Assembly (NCBI GenBank): GCA_045588325.1 | Contig: JAZNEA010000093.1 | Location: 1 to 54,792, forward strand | Length of the DNA stretch: 54,792 nt | Reading direction: 5' to 3' | From: Clostridia bacterium | Lineage (GTDB): Bacteria; Bacillota; Clostridia; RGIG7378 | In this document: piece after piece, positions 17,075 through 27,278 of the stretch | Layout: each line of letters starts with the position of its first letter | Numbering within the stretch: position 1 is the first letter of the stretch | The notes under the pieces: model-generated | What the model saw: the letters and a program-made list of their open reading frames with translations, nothing else | Databases searched by the model: none | What the model was told of the DNA's origin: nothing | Translations under genes and position numbers: made by a program

Positions 17075-19675
17075 ATGAACAAGAACTTCAAATCTCTGCT
17101 TGCGCTGGTTTTGTGTCTTGTTATGGTTGCTGGCATGTTTGTAGGCTGTGGACAGAAGACTACAGATACAACTGGCGGCGATAAAACAAATGACATCGTA
17201 CAGGCTACATTTAAGCAGGCTGAGTACAACACTTACACGGCTACAATGCCCAGTAACTGGAACGAGTTGACCTATGCGGACAACAACGACACCCAGATTA
17301 TGAGCTACATCGGCTCATCCTTCTTTGATTACGACTACAAGTTTGAGGGCGATAAGAAGTACAATCCCGACGGCTCCATCAACAAGGACGCTATCGTAGT
17401 TGGTGCTTACACAACTAACTTCTCCGCAGCAACCAAGCTTGAGGATGTTACATCCACAGTTGATGCAAAGTGGGGCTACACCGACGCTCAGAAGACTGAG
17501 GGTGGTTACGCATGGAAGATTACTCTTCGTAACGACCTGAAGTGGGACGACGGCACAGCTATTAAGGCTGCTGACTTCGTATACTCCATGCAGGCTATGT
17601 TGGATCCCACATTCATGAACATGAGAGCCAACACATACTATGATACTCTTCGTATCAAGAACTCCAGAGGCTACTTCTTCCAGAATCAGGAAGGTACATA
17701 TGAGCCTATCAGCGGTTTGGGCTACAAGACCAATGCTGATGCTGTAGCAGCTGGCGAGAAGATTTACATCAACGCTTGGGAGTTCTGGGGAGCAGCTGGT
17801 TACCCAGACGAGAATGGCAACGAGTGCCCCGAGTGGCTCGCATTTGACGACGAGACAGTTTACACTGGCGAGTACGAGGGTGAGCCTGATCCCGTATCTG
17901 GTAAGATGCTTTGGGATGATTACATGAACCCTGAGACTGGTGCTTATGCTGGCTACGTTGAGGTAGGCGGTCAGTATCATTCTTGGCTTTCTATTTACGT
18001 TGAGAACACAATTCGTGACGTTAAGTGGGAGGACGTTGGTATCTACGCAATCGAGAGCGAGAACGCTATCGTTGTTTGCCTTGATAAGGCATATGCATTC
18101 CTCATGGATGATGGTTCCCTTTCTTACCTTGCAGCATACTACATGAGCTCTCTTCCTCTTGTTAAGCAGAGCCTGTACGAGTCCTGCAAGATCGCTCCTG
18201 CAGAGGGTGCAACTCTCTGGACAAGCAAGTACAACTCATCCCTTGAGACATCCGCTAGCTGGGGTCCCTATAAGTTGGCTGAGTTCGAGGCTGGTAGCCA
18301 CTACAAACTCGTTAAGAACGAGAACTGGTATGGTTACAACATGGATGAGTACAAGAACCAGTACAACATTACTGCTATTAACTGCAGAAAGATTTCCGAG
18401 TTCGCTACACAGTGGATGGGCTTCTTGAACGGAACTCTTGACGATGCAACTCTCGCTACAGAGAACATTGCTGACTACAAGGATTCTAAGTATGTTACAT
18501 ACACACCCAGCACAGGTACATTCGGTATGCAGCTCTTCAGTGACCTTAAGGTTTTGAAGGCAAGCGGCAACAACAATGGTATCCTTGCTATTCAGGAGTT
18601 CAGACATGCATTCAACCTTGCTCTGAACAGATCTGATATCGTTGAGAAGATTTGGCCCGGTACATCCACACCTTGTTTGGGTCTGGTTAACTCCGAGTAC
18701 TACTATGACATCGAGAACTCCCCCAACCTTGCTGACGGTGGTGTTTACCGTAACACAACAGAGGCTAAGGAAGGATTGCTTCGTGCCTATGGTTTCACAA
18801 AGGGCGCAGACGGCAAGTGGTCTTCCGGTGATGTAAGCGGACTTTCTCTTGAAGAGGCTTACTACTCCTTGACAGGTTATAACCCCACTCTTGCAAAGTC
18901 CAAGATGGCTGAGGCTATCAAGATTTTGACAGAGAATGCTGATGAGTATGGATACGATGCATCCAAGAACATCACCTTCATCTATGGTTCTTCCACAGAC
19001 ACAGCTAAGCAGCGTGAGAGAGCAACTTACCTGCAGAACGTTCTGGATGACCTGACAAAGGGCACAGTTCTTGAGGACAAGATTGACGTTGTATTCGATG
19101 CTTCCGCAGGTTCTGGTTGGGCAGATGCATTCCGTAACGGCGATACACAGATTGGTTTCGGTTATGGATTCTCTGGTAACCCCTTCAACCCCTTCGATAT
19201 CATGGGCGCATTCGTTGATCCTGACGATTCTCTCAACTACCACACATATTGGGATACATCCGTTATCGATATGGAGCTGACAATGCCTGCAGGCGACTAC
19301 GAGGGTGCTGGACAGACAATCAAGATGAGCGTTCAGAACTGGTTCTACTGCCTGAACGGTCTTGCAACTGAGAAGAATCAGGCTCAGAAGTACAACTGGG
19401 ATGCTGGTTATGCTCCTGCAAATGTAAGATTGATGATCCTTGCTGCACTTGAAGAAGTTGCAATTAAGGAGAGCCGTTCTGTTATGTTGATCGGTGACTA
19501 CTCCGGTTCCTTCTTGGGCGGAAAGTTCTCTCACTTCTACGCAGATAGCTACAACACATTCATGGGCTTCGGCGGCATGAGATACATGGTTGTTAACTAC
19601 ACAGACGCAGAGTGGACCGATTATGTTGCACAGAACAACAACGACCTCACAAACGAGTACAAGAAGACAGAGTGA
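17075..19675 (+). CDS. oppA: Very large family-5 ABC substrate-binding lipoprotein (OppA-like, 866 aa)
   Basis: Lipobox MFVGC; ITLRNDLKWDDG, ADFVYS, GPYKL, FRHAFNLALNR; precedes oppBCDF. Confidence 0.85.
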   Translation: MNKNFKSLLALVLCLVMVAGMFVGCGQKTTDTTGGDKTNDIVQATFKQAEYNTYTATMPSNWNELTYADNNDTQIMSYIGSSFFDYDYKFEGDKKYNPDGSINKDAIVVGAYTTNFSAATKLEDVTSTVDAKWGYTDAQKTEGGYAWKITLRNDLKWDDGTAIKAADFVYSMQAMLDPTFMNMRANTYYDTLRIKNSRGYFFQNQEGTYEPISGLGYKTNADAVAAGEKIYINAWEFWGAAGYPDENGNECPEWLAFDDETVYTGEYEGEPDPVSGKMLWDDYMNPETGAYAGYVEVGGQYHSWLSIYVENTIRDVKWEDVGIYAIESENAIVVCLDKAYAFLMDDGSLSYLAAYYMSSLPLVKQSLYESCKIAPAEGATLWTSKYNSSLETSASWGPYKLAEFEAGSHYKLVKNENWYGYNMDEYKNQYNITAINCRKISEFATQWMGFLNGTLDDATLATENIADYKDSKYVTYTPSTGTFGMQLFSDLKVLKASGNNNGILAIQEFRHAFNLALNRSDIVEKIWPGTSTPCLGLVNSEYYYDIENSPNLADGGVYRNTTEAKEGLLRAYGFTKGADGKWSSGDVSGLSLEEAYYSLTGYNPTLAKSKMAEAIKILTENADEYGYDASKNITFIYGSSTDTAKQRERATYLQNVLDDLTKGTVLEDKIDVVFDASAGSGWADAFRNGDTQIGFGYGFSGNPFNPFDIMGAFVDPDDSLNYHTYWDTSVIDMELTMPAGDYEGAGQTIKMSVQNWFYCLNGLATEKNQAQKYNWDAGYAPANVRLMILAALEEVAIKESRSVMLIGDYSGSFLGGKFSHFYADSYNTFMGFGGMRYMVVNYTDAEWTDYVAQNNNDLTNEYKKTE

Positions 19676-19724
19676 TTTCTAGAATCTTCTAAGTAATTCG
19701 CAAATTTATTAATTACTAAAGGAT

Positions 19725-19754
19725 GCGGTGGGCGAAGTTTCCTTCGCTCACCGC
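19725..19754 (+). other. Intercistronic stem-loop between oppA and oppB
   Basis: GCGGTGGGCGAAG-TTTC-CTTCGCTCACCGC, no U tract. Confidence 0.7.
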
Positions 19755-19927
19755 TGAATTTGCATTATAGAGAATTAAAAGAAAACAATAATTAAACGGA
19801 ATTAGATACACAGCGCGCAGTCAATTTGCGTGCATACCCCACATAACCTCCAGCAACTTATATGTTGGCCAGGTTAATTGTATTTTTTTTATTAAGTGCG
19901 AAAATAACAAACAGAGGAGTAACCCCT

Positions 19928-20935
19928 ATGTATATGTTTAAATATGTAATGAAGCGCTTAGGGTTGATGATGCTTACATTCCTCATCATCATCGTTATGT
20001 GCTTTGTTCTGATAAAACTTTTGCCGATTCACGTAAACGTCGGACCCGATCAGGATCCGCTGATTGCGTATAAGCAATTGGAGGGCAGAGGTTGGATTAC
20101 TAATATCAGGCCGGAGGCAAATGGAACATACACCTATGACCGCGTGCCGATTTTAATTCAGCTGTGGACATACGTTAAGAAGATCTTTACCGAGGGTGAC
20201 TTTGGTATTGCTACTACTTACGGTGAATATCTCAACATGCCCGTCTGGGACGTCTTTGTTAGAAAGTTGCCCCCCACAATTCTTATTAACATATACTCTA
20301 CTCTTCTGGGTGTACCGATAGGTTTAGGCCTGGGTATTCTTGCTGCCCTTAGAAAGAACAAGTGGCAGGACCAGGTCATTAACATCTTTATTATTTTGTT
20401 GATTTCAGTTCCATCTATTATTTTGGGACTTATGATCCAGTATTTCTTGTGCTTTAAGTTAAACTGGTTCCCGCTCACCATGAATCTGGGTACAGACTAC
20501 TTCACATGGGAGATGTTCCGCTCCATGTTGCCTGCTGTATTTGCTCTCTCCTTGGGTTCTATCGCAGGTTATGCACGTTACACACGTGCCGAGCTCTCTG
20601 AGGTGCTGACCAGCGAGTTTATGCTGCTGGCCAGAACTAAGGGTTTGACCAAGAGACAGGCGATTTACAGACATGCTATGCGTAACTCCATGGTAGTTAT
20701 CTTCCCCTCTATTTTGAGTGAGTTTGTTGCGGTGCTTTCCGGATCCCTTATTATCGAGAGCATGTTCGCTATCCCAGGTGTTGGTGGATTGTACCTTAAC
20801 TCTATTACTTTCCAGGATTACGATTTCTTTATGCTGTTGTCCGGCTTCTATACTTTGGTAGGCTTGGCAGCTGGTATTGTTATCGATATCAGTTACGGTT
20901 TCATTGACCCGAGAATCAGAATGGGGGCGAAGTAA
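19928..20935 (+). CDS. oppB: Opp-type ABC permease OppB
   Basis: ARYTRAELSEVLTSEFMLLARTKGL (EAA-like loop), IIESMFAIPGVG; ATG 19928 behind GAGGAG. Confidence 0.92.
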   Translation: MYMFKYVMKRLGLMMLTFLIIIVMCFVLIKLLPIHVNVGPDQDPLIAYKQLEGRGWITNIRPEANGTYTYDRVPILIQLWTYVKKIFTEGDFGIATTYGEYLNMPVWDVFVRKLPPTILINIYSTLLGVPIGLGLGILAALRKNKWQDQVINIFIILLISVPSIILGLMIQYFLCFKLNWFPLTMNLGTDYFTWEMFRSMLPAVFALSLGSIAGYARYTRAELSEVLTSEFMLLARTKGLTKRQAIYRHAMRNSMVVIFPSILSEFVAVLSGSLIIESMFAIPGVGGLYLNSITFQDYDFFMLLSGFYTLVGLAAGIVIDISYGFIDPRIRMGAK

Positions 20936-20937
20936 AG

Positions 20938-22512
20938 ATGGCAACAAATAAGTACGACAATATTCCAGTAGAAAAGTTTCAATTCGCCAAGAAGACCGAC
21001 TTTTCTCACGATAGCAAATTTGATACCAAGCCTGTAAGTTATTTTCAGGGAGCTTTCCGCCGCTTTTGCAAGAACAAGGGCGCCGTTGTAGGTGGTATAG
21101 TTATACTTTTCCTGGTGCTCTTTGCAATTATTGCACCATTCTGCACACCCTATAATCCTGCCTATTACGACAAGCTGTATGCTTCTGTTCGTCCTAGATG
21201 CAAGTGGTTTGAGGACACCAATTTCTGGGATGGCTGCAGAGACAAGGAGACAGGTTATGTCGGATATCTGCAGGACTATGCCCTGGGCCTTGAGACCGGC
21301 AGAGAGGTTGTTAAGAACAACGAATTCCAGGTCAGCGAGGATGGCAAGATTTATACCTACCGCTATAACACCTATTATGGAGTTGGTTTTGGTAAGTATA
21401 AGGTTATATCCGAAGCAGAATTTAAGGATATTCAGAGATACCAGGATGAGACAGGCAAGCAGGTGCTCTATCCCACAGTTGCACCTTGGGATAGACCCAC
21501 GGCAACTCAGGACGCAGAGAACGCTAATATTTACTACAAGACAAAGACTGTAGCAGGTAAGACTCAGCCAGCTCTGGATGCCAACGGAGACATTGTTCCC
21601 AACTACTGGTCCTATGAGGTAGGTACTGAATCTTCTATTGTTGCTGAATACACATCCAAGATGAGAATTGAGGGTGAGGAAGGCTTTACACAGGATGGCA
21701 AGCAGTACGAATATGTTTATGGCCGAAAGGTAGACGGCGGTATCGAGGTTAGAGTCGAGTACTACGAATACTACACATATGAGCACACTCAGAAGCTAAA
21801 GGACGGTATCGGCGAGCCCAACTTCCTGTTTGGTACAACTTCTGAGGGCAAGGATATCTTCGCTTGTTTGTCAAACGGTGCCAGATTCTCCTTCATCTTT
21901 GCCATTGTTGTAGCAGTAGTTAACCTGATTGTTGGCGCAATCTGGGGATCCATCTCCGGATATTTTGGTGGAAAGATCGACCTCTTTATGGAGAGATTCT
22001 CCGAGATTCTGGGTTCTGTTCCCTCCATCATTGTTATCACTCTGCTCAAGTATCATATGGGTGCCTCCAGCCACACATTGATCCTGTTCATATCATTCTT
22101 CTTGACAGGATGGATTGGTATGGCTGCAACAACTCGTATGCAGTTCTATAGATTTAAAAATCAGGAGTACGTTTTAGCAGCCAGAACCCTTGGTGCTCGA
22201 GACTCGAGAATTATGTTTAAGCATATTTTCCCCAATGGTCTCGGAACCATCGTAACACGTTGCGCATTGGTAATCCCCTCCATGATTTATACGGAGACCA
22301 ACTTCTCATATCTGGGTATCATCAACTTGGAGTCCGGTAATATTACCAGTGTTGGTACACTGATTGCTGCAGGACAGCGCGACATCTTGTTCGCTCCCTT
22401 TGTAGCAGCATTCCCATGTGTATTCCTGGTATTGCTGATGCTGAGCTTTAACTTGTTTGGTAATGGTTTGCGCGATGCATTTAACCCGTCACTCAGAGGT
22501 TCGGAGGAGTAA
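20938..22512 (+). CDS. oppC: Opp-type ABC permease OppC with a large extracytoplasmic insertion
   Basis: FRRFCKNKGA N-terminus, LFGTTSEGKDIF, EYVLAARTLGA, GNGLRDAFNP. Confidence 0.9.
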   Translation: MATNKYDNIPVEKFQFAKKTDFSHDSKFDTKPVSYFQGAFRRFCKNKGAVVGGIVILFLVLFAIIAPFCTPYNPAYYDKLYASVRPRCKWFEDTNFWDGCRDKETGYVGYLQDYALGLETGREVVKNNEFQVSEDGKIYTYRYNTYYGVGFGKYKVISEAEFKDIQRYQDETGKQVLYPTVAPWDRPTATQDAENANIYYKTKTVAGKTQPALDANGDIVPNYWSYEVGTESSIVAEYTSKMRIEGEEGFTQDGKQYEYVYGRKVDGGIEVRVEYYEYYTYEHTQKLKDGIGEPNFLFGTTSEGKDIFACLSNGARFSFIFAIVVAVVNLIVGAIWGSISGYFGGKIDLFMERFSEILGSVPSIIVITLLKYHMGASSHTLILFISFFLTGWIGMAATTRMQFYRFKNQEYVLAARTLGARDSRIMFKHIFPNGLGTIVTRCALVIPSMIYTETNFSYLGIINLESGNITSVGTLIAAGQRDILFAPFVAAFPCVFLVLLMLSFNLFGNGLRDAFNPSLRGSEE

Positions 22513-22514
22513 TT

Positions 22515-24752
22515 ATGAATAAAGAAGTCAAATTATCAGTTAACAATTTGAGCATCTCCTTCCGTACAGACGGAGGTAAGGTGCAGGCCGTTCGTGATAT
22601 CTCCTTTGATCTTTACAAGGGCGAAACTTTGGCCATCGTTGGAGAGTCAGGTTCTGGTAAATCTGTTACATCCAAGGCTATTATGGGTATCTCTGCAGTT
22701 AACGCCATTCACGAGGGCGGAGAGATTCTGTATGACGGACATGATTTGGTGCGTATCCCAGAGGAGGAGATGCATAAGCTTCGTGGTGACAAGATTGCCA
22801 TGATCTTCCAGGATCCGTTGTCCTCTCTCAACCCTATCATGCGTATAGGTAGGCAGATTACCGAGGCAATGCTCCTCAAGAACAAAGCAAACCGCAAAGA
22901 GGGTCGTGTGGCCTTTAACGAAATGCTGGTATCTCTGTCCACATTGATGAAGGAAGCTATTGCCACAGGAACGAACACAGGATTTTCTTCTGATGACGTT
23001 CAGGAGTATATCAAGACATTTGATAACTTTAACATTCAGGCAATTAAGCTTGAGAACGGCTATAACGATGCCAAGACTGCTGCAGAGGAAATGATTGCCC
23101 TCATAGAGGAGTTCCTCTTCCTCACAGAGAAGAAGCAGAAGGTTGACGTGGTTTCCACCCTTAACCTGGTAGAGCGTAAGCTCAAGGACATCGACGACAA
23201 GTACTTCGCATCTGGATACGAAGGTATTTTGAGCGATTACTTGACTACCCTTAGTGTCCTTAAGAAAGAAGAGCGCTCTAAGCTGACCATCGTAGATGCA
23301 CTTAGGAAAGCCTCCGGCAAGGCCGCATCCCACACAGAGGCCTCTGCAGAGACCATTGAAACATTGGAGAAGGCCAAGGAGACTGCTAAGGAAATGCTGG
23401 CACGTCCTGCATACAATTTCTTTAGAATCGGTTACTATATCTACAAGAATCCCGATGTTGATTTGAGCAAGGTTCCTGCAGAAGAGGCTAATGAGATGGC
23501 AGTAAGATTCCTGGATGAGGACTTTATGAACTCTTTCAGGAGCCTGGAAAAGCTGGCAGTTGAGTACTCCATAAATAAAACATTGGAGAACAAGAAGGTA
23601 GCTATCGCAGCATTGCAGAATGCTATCGACTTCTTCAAGGCTGGCAATTTCGAAAAGAATGATGCAACAGCCCTTTGTCAGAATCTGGACAAGACTGTTC
23701 GTGCAGCAGTTGATCCTCTGGCAGTTATTAAGGACACAGTAGCATATACCTTTGGAGAGGCTATTAAGAGAGAGGTTAATAACTATTACTTCTATCTCAA
23801 GAATAACCCCAAGGAAGAGGCTCGCTTTGCACGTCAGACAGCAAAGAGAGATGCCCTTATTGCAAGAGGCAAAAAGGTGGATTGGAAGATTGTTCCTAAG
23901 TCTGTTATTGAGCCCGAGAGACAGATTGCAACCATCGTCTCCGTTCTCACACGTGTTATGAACAAGTTCAAGGCAGATGTGGAGAATGCAGGCAGTGTAG
24001 ATGCAGACAAGCGTTGCTTGGAAATTATCGATTACCTTAAGGAAAAGGCTTCTCAGATCGTATATACACTCACCAAGAGCATTGCCAAGGAAAAGGCTAT
24101 TAAGCTCATGGAGGAGGTTGGTATTTCTGAGCCCAGAATCCGTTACAGACAGTATCCCTTTGAGTTCTCAGGTGGTATGCGTCAGCGTATCGTTATCGCG
24201 ATTGCTCTGTCCGCTAACCCAGACATCCTGATTTGTGACGAGCCTACAACAGCACTTGACGTTACAATTCAGGCAACAATTCTGGAGCTTATTAACAAAC
24301 TTAAGCGCGAGCACAACCTGTCCATTATCTTCATCACCCACGACTTGGGCGTTGTTGCAAACATGGCAGACCGTATCGCCGTTATGTATGCAGGTAAGAT
24401 CGTAGAGTATGGAACAGCCAATGAGGTATTCTACAATCCTCAGCATCCCTACACTTGGGCATTGCTTTCCTCTATGCCTGACCTGGATACAAACGAAAAG
24501 CTGGATGCTATTCCCGGCACACCACCAAACATGATTTATCCACCTGTTGGTGATGCTTTTGCAGAGAGAAACAAGTACGCAATGGAAATTGACTACGAGA
24601 TGCAGCCACCTATGTACGAGGTTTCTCCAACACACTATGCGGCAACATGGTTGCTCCACCCCAATGCACCAAAGGTGGAACTTCCAAAGATTATCGCAGA
24701 TCGCATCAAGCGCATGAAGGAGAGAGGAGGCAATTATGGAGAACAAGAATAA
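22515..24752 (+). CDS. oppD: Opp-type ABC ATPase OppD with a ~400-aa insertion
   Basis: GESGSGKS, MIFQDP, then after the insertion YPFEFSGGMRQR, DEPTTALDVTIQ, HPYTWALL. Confidence 0.9.
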   Translation: MNKEVKLSVNNLSISFRTDGGKVQAVRDISFDLYKGETLAIVGESGSGKSVTSKAIMGISAVNAIHEGGEILYDGHDLVRIPEEEMHKLRGDKIAMIFQDPLSSLNPIMRIGRQITEAMLLKNKANRKEGRVAFNEMLVSLSTLMKEAIATGTNTGFSSDDVQEYIKTFDNFNIQAIKLENGYNDAKTAAEEMIALIEEFLFLTEKKQKVDVVSTLNLVERKLKDIDDKYFASGYEGILSDYLTTLSVLKKEERSKLTIVDALRKASGKAASHTEASAETIETLEKAKETAKEMLARPAYNFFRIGYYIYKNPDVDLSKVPAEEANEMAVRFLDEDFMNSFRSLEKLAVEYSINKTLENKKVAIAALQNAIDFFKAGNFEKNDATALCQNLDKTVRAAVDPLAVIKDTVAYTFGEAIKREVNNYYFYLKNNPKEEARFARQTAKRDALIARGKKVDWKIVPKSVIEPERQIATIVSVLTRVMNKFKADVENAGSVDADKRCLEIIDYLKEKASQIVYTLTKSIAKEKAIKLMEEVGISEPRIRYRQYPFEFSGGMRQRIVIAIALSANPDILICDEPTTALDVTIQATILELINKLKREHNLSIIFITHDLGVVANMADRIAVMYAGKIVEYGTANEVFYNPQHPYTWALLSSMPDLDTNEKLDAIPGTPPNMIYPPVGDAFAERNKYAMEIDYEMQPPMYEVSPTHYAATWLLHPNAPKVELPKIIADRIKRMKERGGNYGEQE

Positions 24753-26001
24753 TGAGATTTTGTTAAAAGTTGACCATCTTTGCCAGTACTTCCGCGTAAA
24801 GCGTCGCGACATGAAGGCCGTTGATGACGTCAGCTTTGAGGTAAAAAGGGGCGAGGCATTTGGTCTGGTAGGAGAGTCCGGTTGCGGCAAGACCACAACA
24901 GGTCGTTCCATCATTAAGTTGTACAACATTACCTCTGGTAACGTGTACTTTAAGGGCCATAGAATAGGAGCAGGAACACGTTCCTATAAGGATGCCATTG
25001 CTGCAGCACGTGCTGAGGCTTCCAAAAAGATTAAGGCTCTCCGCACAGAAAAGGCTGGAGATCCATATCTCCAGGATGAGATCAACAAGATTAAGAGTGA
25101 GCTTGCTGAAACAGTTGCTCAGAACAAAATGTTGATCCGTGACGCTAAGATCGATGGCAAGGCTGTTGACAGAAATTATGCAGAGTCTGTAATCCAGGCT
25201 TTGGAGCAGGAGTATGCAGAAAAGTTCCTTGCAGCAGAGAATGATCCCGTAAAGACTCAGGAACTGGAAAAAGAATTCAAGAACAAGTGTCGCATTGCAA
25301 AGAAGAGCAAGCTGATTACACAGATTCAGATGATCTTCCAGGATCCTATCGCATCTCTTGATCCCCGTATGACCGTACGTGAGATCATCGCAGAGGGATT
25401 GGTTATCAAGGGTATTACCGACAAGGAGTACATTAACGAGAAGGTTTATGAGATTCTGGAGATGGTTGGCCTCGTTCGAGAGCACGCCGACAGATATCCT
25501 CACGAGTTCTCAGGTGGTCAGAGACAGCGTATCGGTATCGCCAGAGCTGTTATTATGCAGCCCGAGATGATTATTGCCGACGAGCCTGTATCCGCTCTGG
25601 ACGTATCTATTCAGGCACAGGTTATCAACCTGCTCAATGACCTCAGACAGCGTCTGGGCCTTACAATTATTTTTATTGCCCACGATTTGTCTGTTGTTAA
25701 GTACTTCTCCGACAGAATCGGTGTTATGTATTTCGGTAAGCTGGTTGAGTTGGCTGACTCAGAGGAGTTGTTTAAGAACCCTCTGCACCCATACACAAAG
25801 TCCTTGCTTTCCGCAATTCCGTTGCCTGATCCGGTATACGAGAAAAAGCGTGTGCGTGTGAGCTACAATCCTCTTGCAGAGCATGATTACTCCGTGGATC
25901 AGCCCACAATGCGCGAGGTTGCTCCTGGACACTTTGTATATTGCAACGATGCAGAGGAAATAAAGTATAAGCAGATACTTAGGGACAACGCCAACGGGTA
26001 A
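24736..26001 (+). CDS. oppF: Opp-type ABC ATPase OppF with a ~115-aa insertion
   Basis: GESGCGKT, QMIFQDP, YPHEFSGGQRQR, DEPVSALDVSIQAQ, HPYTKSLL. Confidence 0.92.
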   Translation: MENKNNEILLKVDHLCQYFRVKRRDMKAVDDVSFEVKRGEAFGLVGESGCGKTTTGRSIIKLYNITSGNVYFKGHRIGAGTRSYKDAIAAARAEASKKIKALRTEKAGDPYLQDEINKIKSELAETVAQNKMLIRDAKIDGKAVDRNYAESVIQALEQEYAEKFLAAENDPVKTQELEKEFKNKCRIAKKSKLITQIQMIFQDPIASLDPRMTVREIIAEGLVIKGITDKEYINEKVYEILEMVGLVREHADRYPHEFSGGQRQRIGIARAVIMQPEMIIADEPVSALDVSIQAQVINLLNDLRQRLGLTIIFIAHDLSVVKYFSDRIGVMYFGKLVELADSEELFKNPLHPYTKSLLSAIPLPDPVYEKKRVRVSYNPLAEHDYSVDQPTMREVAPGHFVYCNDAEEIKYKQILRDNANG

Positions 26002-26007
26002 AATGCA

Positions 26008-26430
26008 GTGAACGAAGAAAACAAGTCATTATTAACAAAGTATGTAATTTGTTTTTGCGTTGCCTCCATGATTACCTTTGCAGTAATCTGGATGAGAGGA
26101 TTCTTTACCGAGGATACTGGAGTGAATATCCAGATTTTATCGGATGGTTTCTCTGTGGCAGGAATTTTGCTGTTGATAGCCGCAGGAATGCTATTTATCA
26201 GCAGCGAGGGCGCATTAATAGGAATCAGCTTTGTTATGAGAAATGTTATCCAGGCCTTTATCCCCATGGGACGTAAGAACCACGAGCTTTTCGGAAAGTA
26301 TCGTGAACGCAAGATGGCAGAGCTCAAAAAGGCTAACGACGGGGCGATATTTGTAACCGGCTTGGTATTCCTGATAATCGGCATTGTTTTTACGGTTATT
26401 TGGTATACGAAGTACTATAACGTAGTCTGA
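26008..26430 (+). CDS. Small membrane protein, DUF3899-like
   Basis: Three TM segments, 6 bp after oppF; family assignment from recall of the pattern only. Confidence 0.6.
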   Translation: MNEENKSLLTKYVICFCVASMITFAVIWMRGFFTEDTGVNIQILSDGFSVAGILLLIAAGMLFISSEGALIGISFVMRNVIQAFIPMGRKNHELFGKYRERKMAELKKANDGAIFVTGLVFLIIGIVFTVIWYTKYYNVV

Positions 26431-26447
26431 TAATTCATAATAATTAC

Positions 26448-26483
26448 AAAACCTGATTGTGCTGCGGCGCGGTCAGGTTTTTA
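26448..26483 (+). terminator. Terminator of the Opp operon
   Basis: AAAACCTGATTGTGC / GCGCGGTCAGGTTTTTT. Confidence 0.75.
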
Positions 26484-26576
26484 TCATATTGCGGAAATAG
26501 TTCTAGTATTGTATAAATAAAGTATAGGAAATATACACGTTTTATAGTCGTTAACAGAACATACAGGAGGTGTGTT

Positions 26577-27278
26577 ATGAACGTTCTAGAATGTAAAAAC
26601 CTTAGCAAGGCCTATAAGAAGGGCGATTTTGTGCTAAGGGGTATGAATCTGACCATCCCAGCCGGAAAGATCGTTGGACTTTTGGGTCCTAATGGCTGCG
26701 GTAAATCAACACTGATTAAGTTAATATGTGGATTGCTCCAGCCCGACCAGGGGGAGATATTGGTGTGCGATCAGCCCGTAGGGGCGGGCACCAGAGCCCT
26801 TGTATCCTATTTGCCCGAGCGTCCGTACTTTGACTCTTGGATGAAGGTCCACGAACTCCTGGACTTTTTTGTGGAGTTCTATCCAGATTTTGACAGAGCA
26901 AAGGCAGATACATTGCTCAAGGACCTGGGCATTGATCCCATGGCAAAGCTCAAGACGCTTTCTAAGGGTACTAAGGAGAAGGTGCAGCTGGTTTTGGTAA
27001 TGTCTCGTCGCGCCAGACTCTATTTGTTGGATGAGCCCATTGCCGGCGTTGACCCTGCAGCCAGGGACTACATCTTAAGGACAATTGTGGGCAACTACAA
27101 TCCAGATTCTACCATTGTGATTACTACTCATTTGATTGCCGATGTTGAGGAAATCCTGGACGATTACTATTTTATGGGATTTTCCGGCATCATCCGACAG
27201 TCCGGATCTGTGGCGGAGGCCAAGGAGGCCGCCGGCAAGACGCTGGATGCCATATTCAGGGAGGTGTACAGATGTTAA
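26577..27278 (+). CDS. ABC exporter ATP-binding protein (YtrB-like)
   Basis: GPNGCGKS, LSKGTKEK, LLDEPIAGVDP, TTHL. Confidence 0.92.
   Translation: MNVLECKNLSKAYKKGDFVLRGMNLTIPAGKIVGLLGPNGCGKSTLIKLICGLLQPDQGEILVCDQPVGAGTRALVSYLPERPYFDSWMKVHELLDFFVEFYPDFDRAKADTLLKDLGIDPMAKLKTLSKGTKEKVQLVLVMSRRARLYLLDEPIAGVDPAARDYILRTIVGNYNPDSTIVITTHLIADVEEILDDYYFMGFSGIIRQSGSVAEAKEAAGKTLDAIFREVYRC

Noticed and set aside
18236-19534. 432-aa minus-strand ORF inside oppA, and similar long antisense ORFs (20893-21786, 33887-34804, 35206-36021, 39503-40336)
   Set aside because: Shadow frames of well-supported genes; no RBS or family motifs
17075-26001. Horizontal transfer of the opp operon inferred from codon usage
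   Set aside because: The same bias appears in the sugar ATPase gene and fits high expression; it needs a phylogeny, not composition
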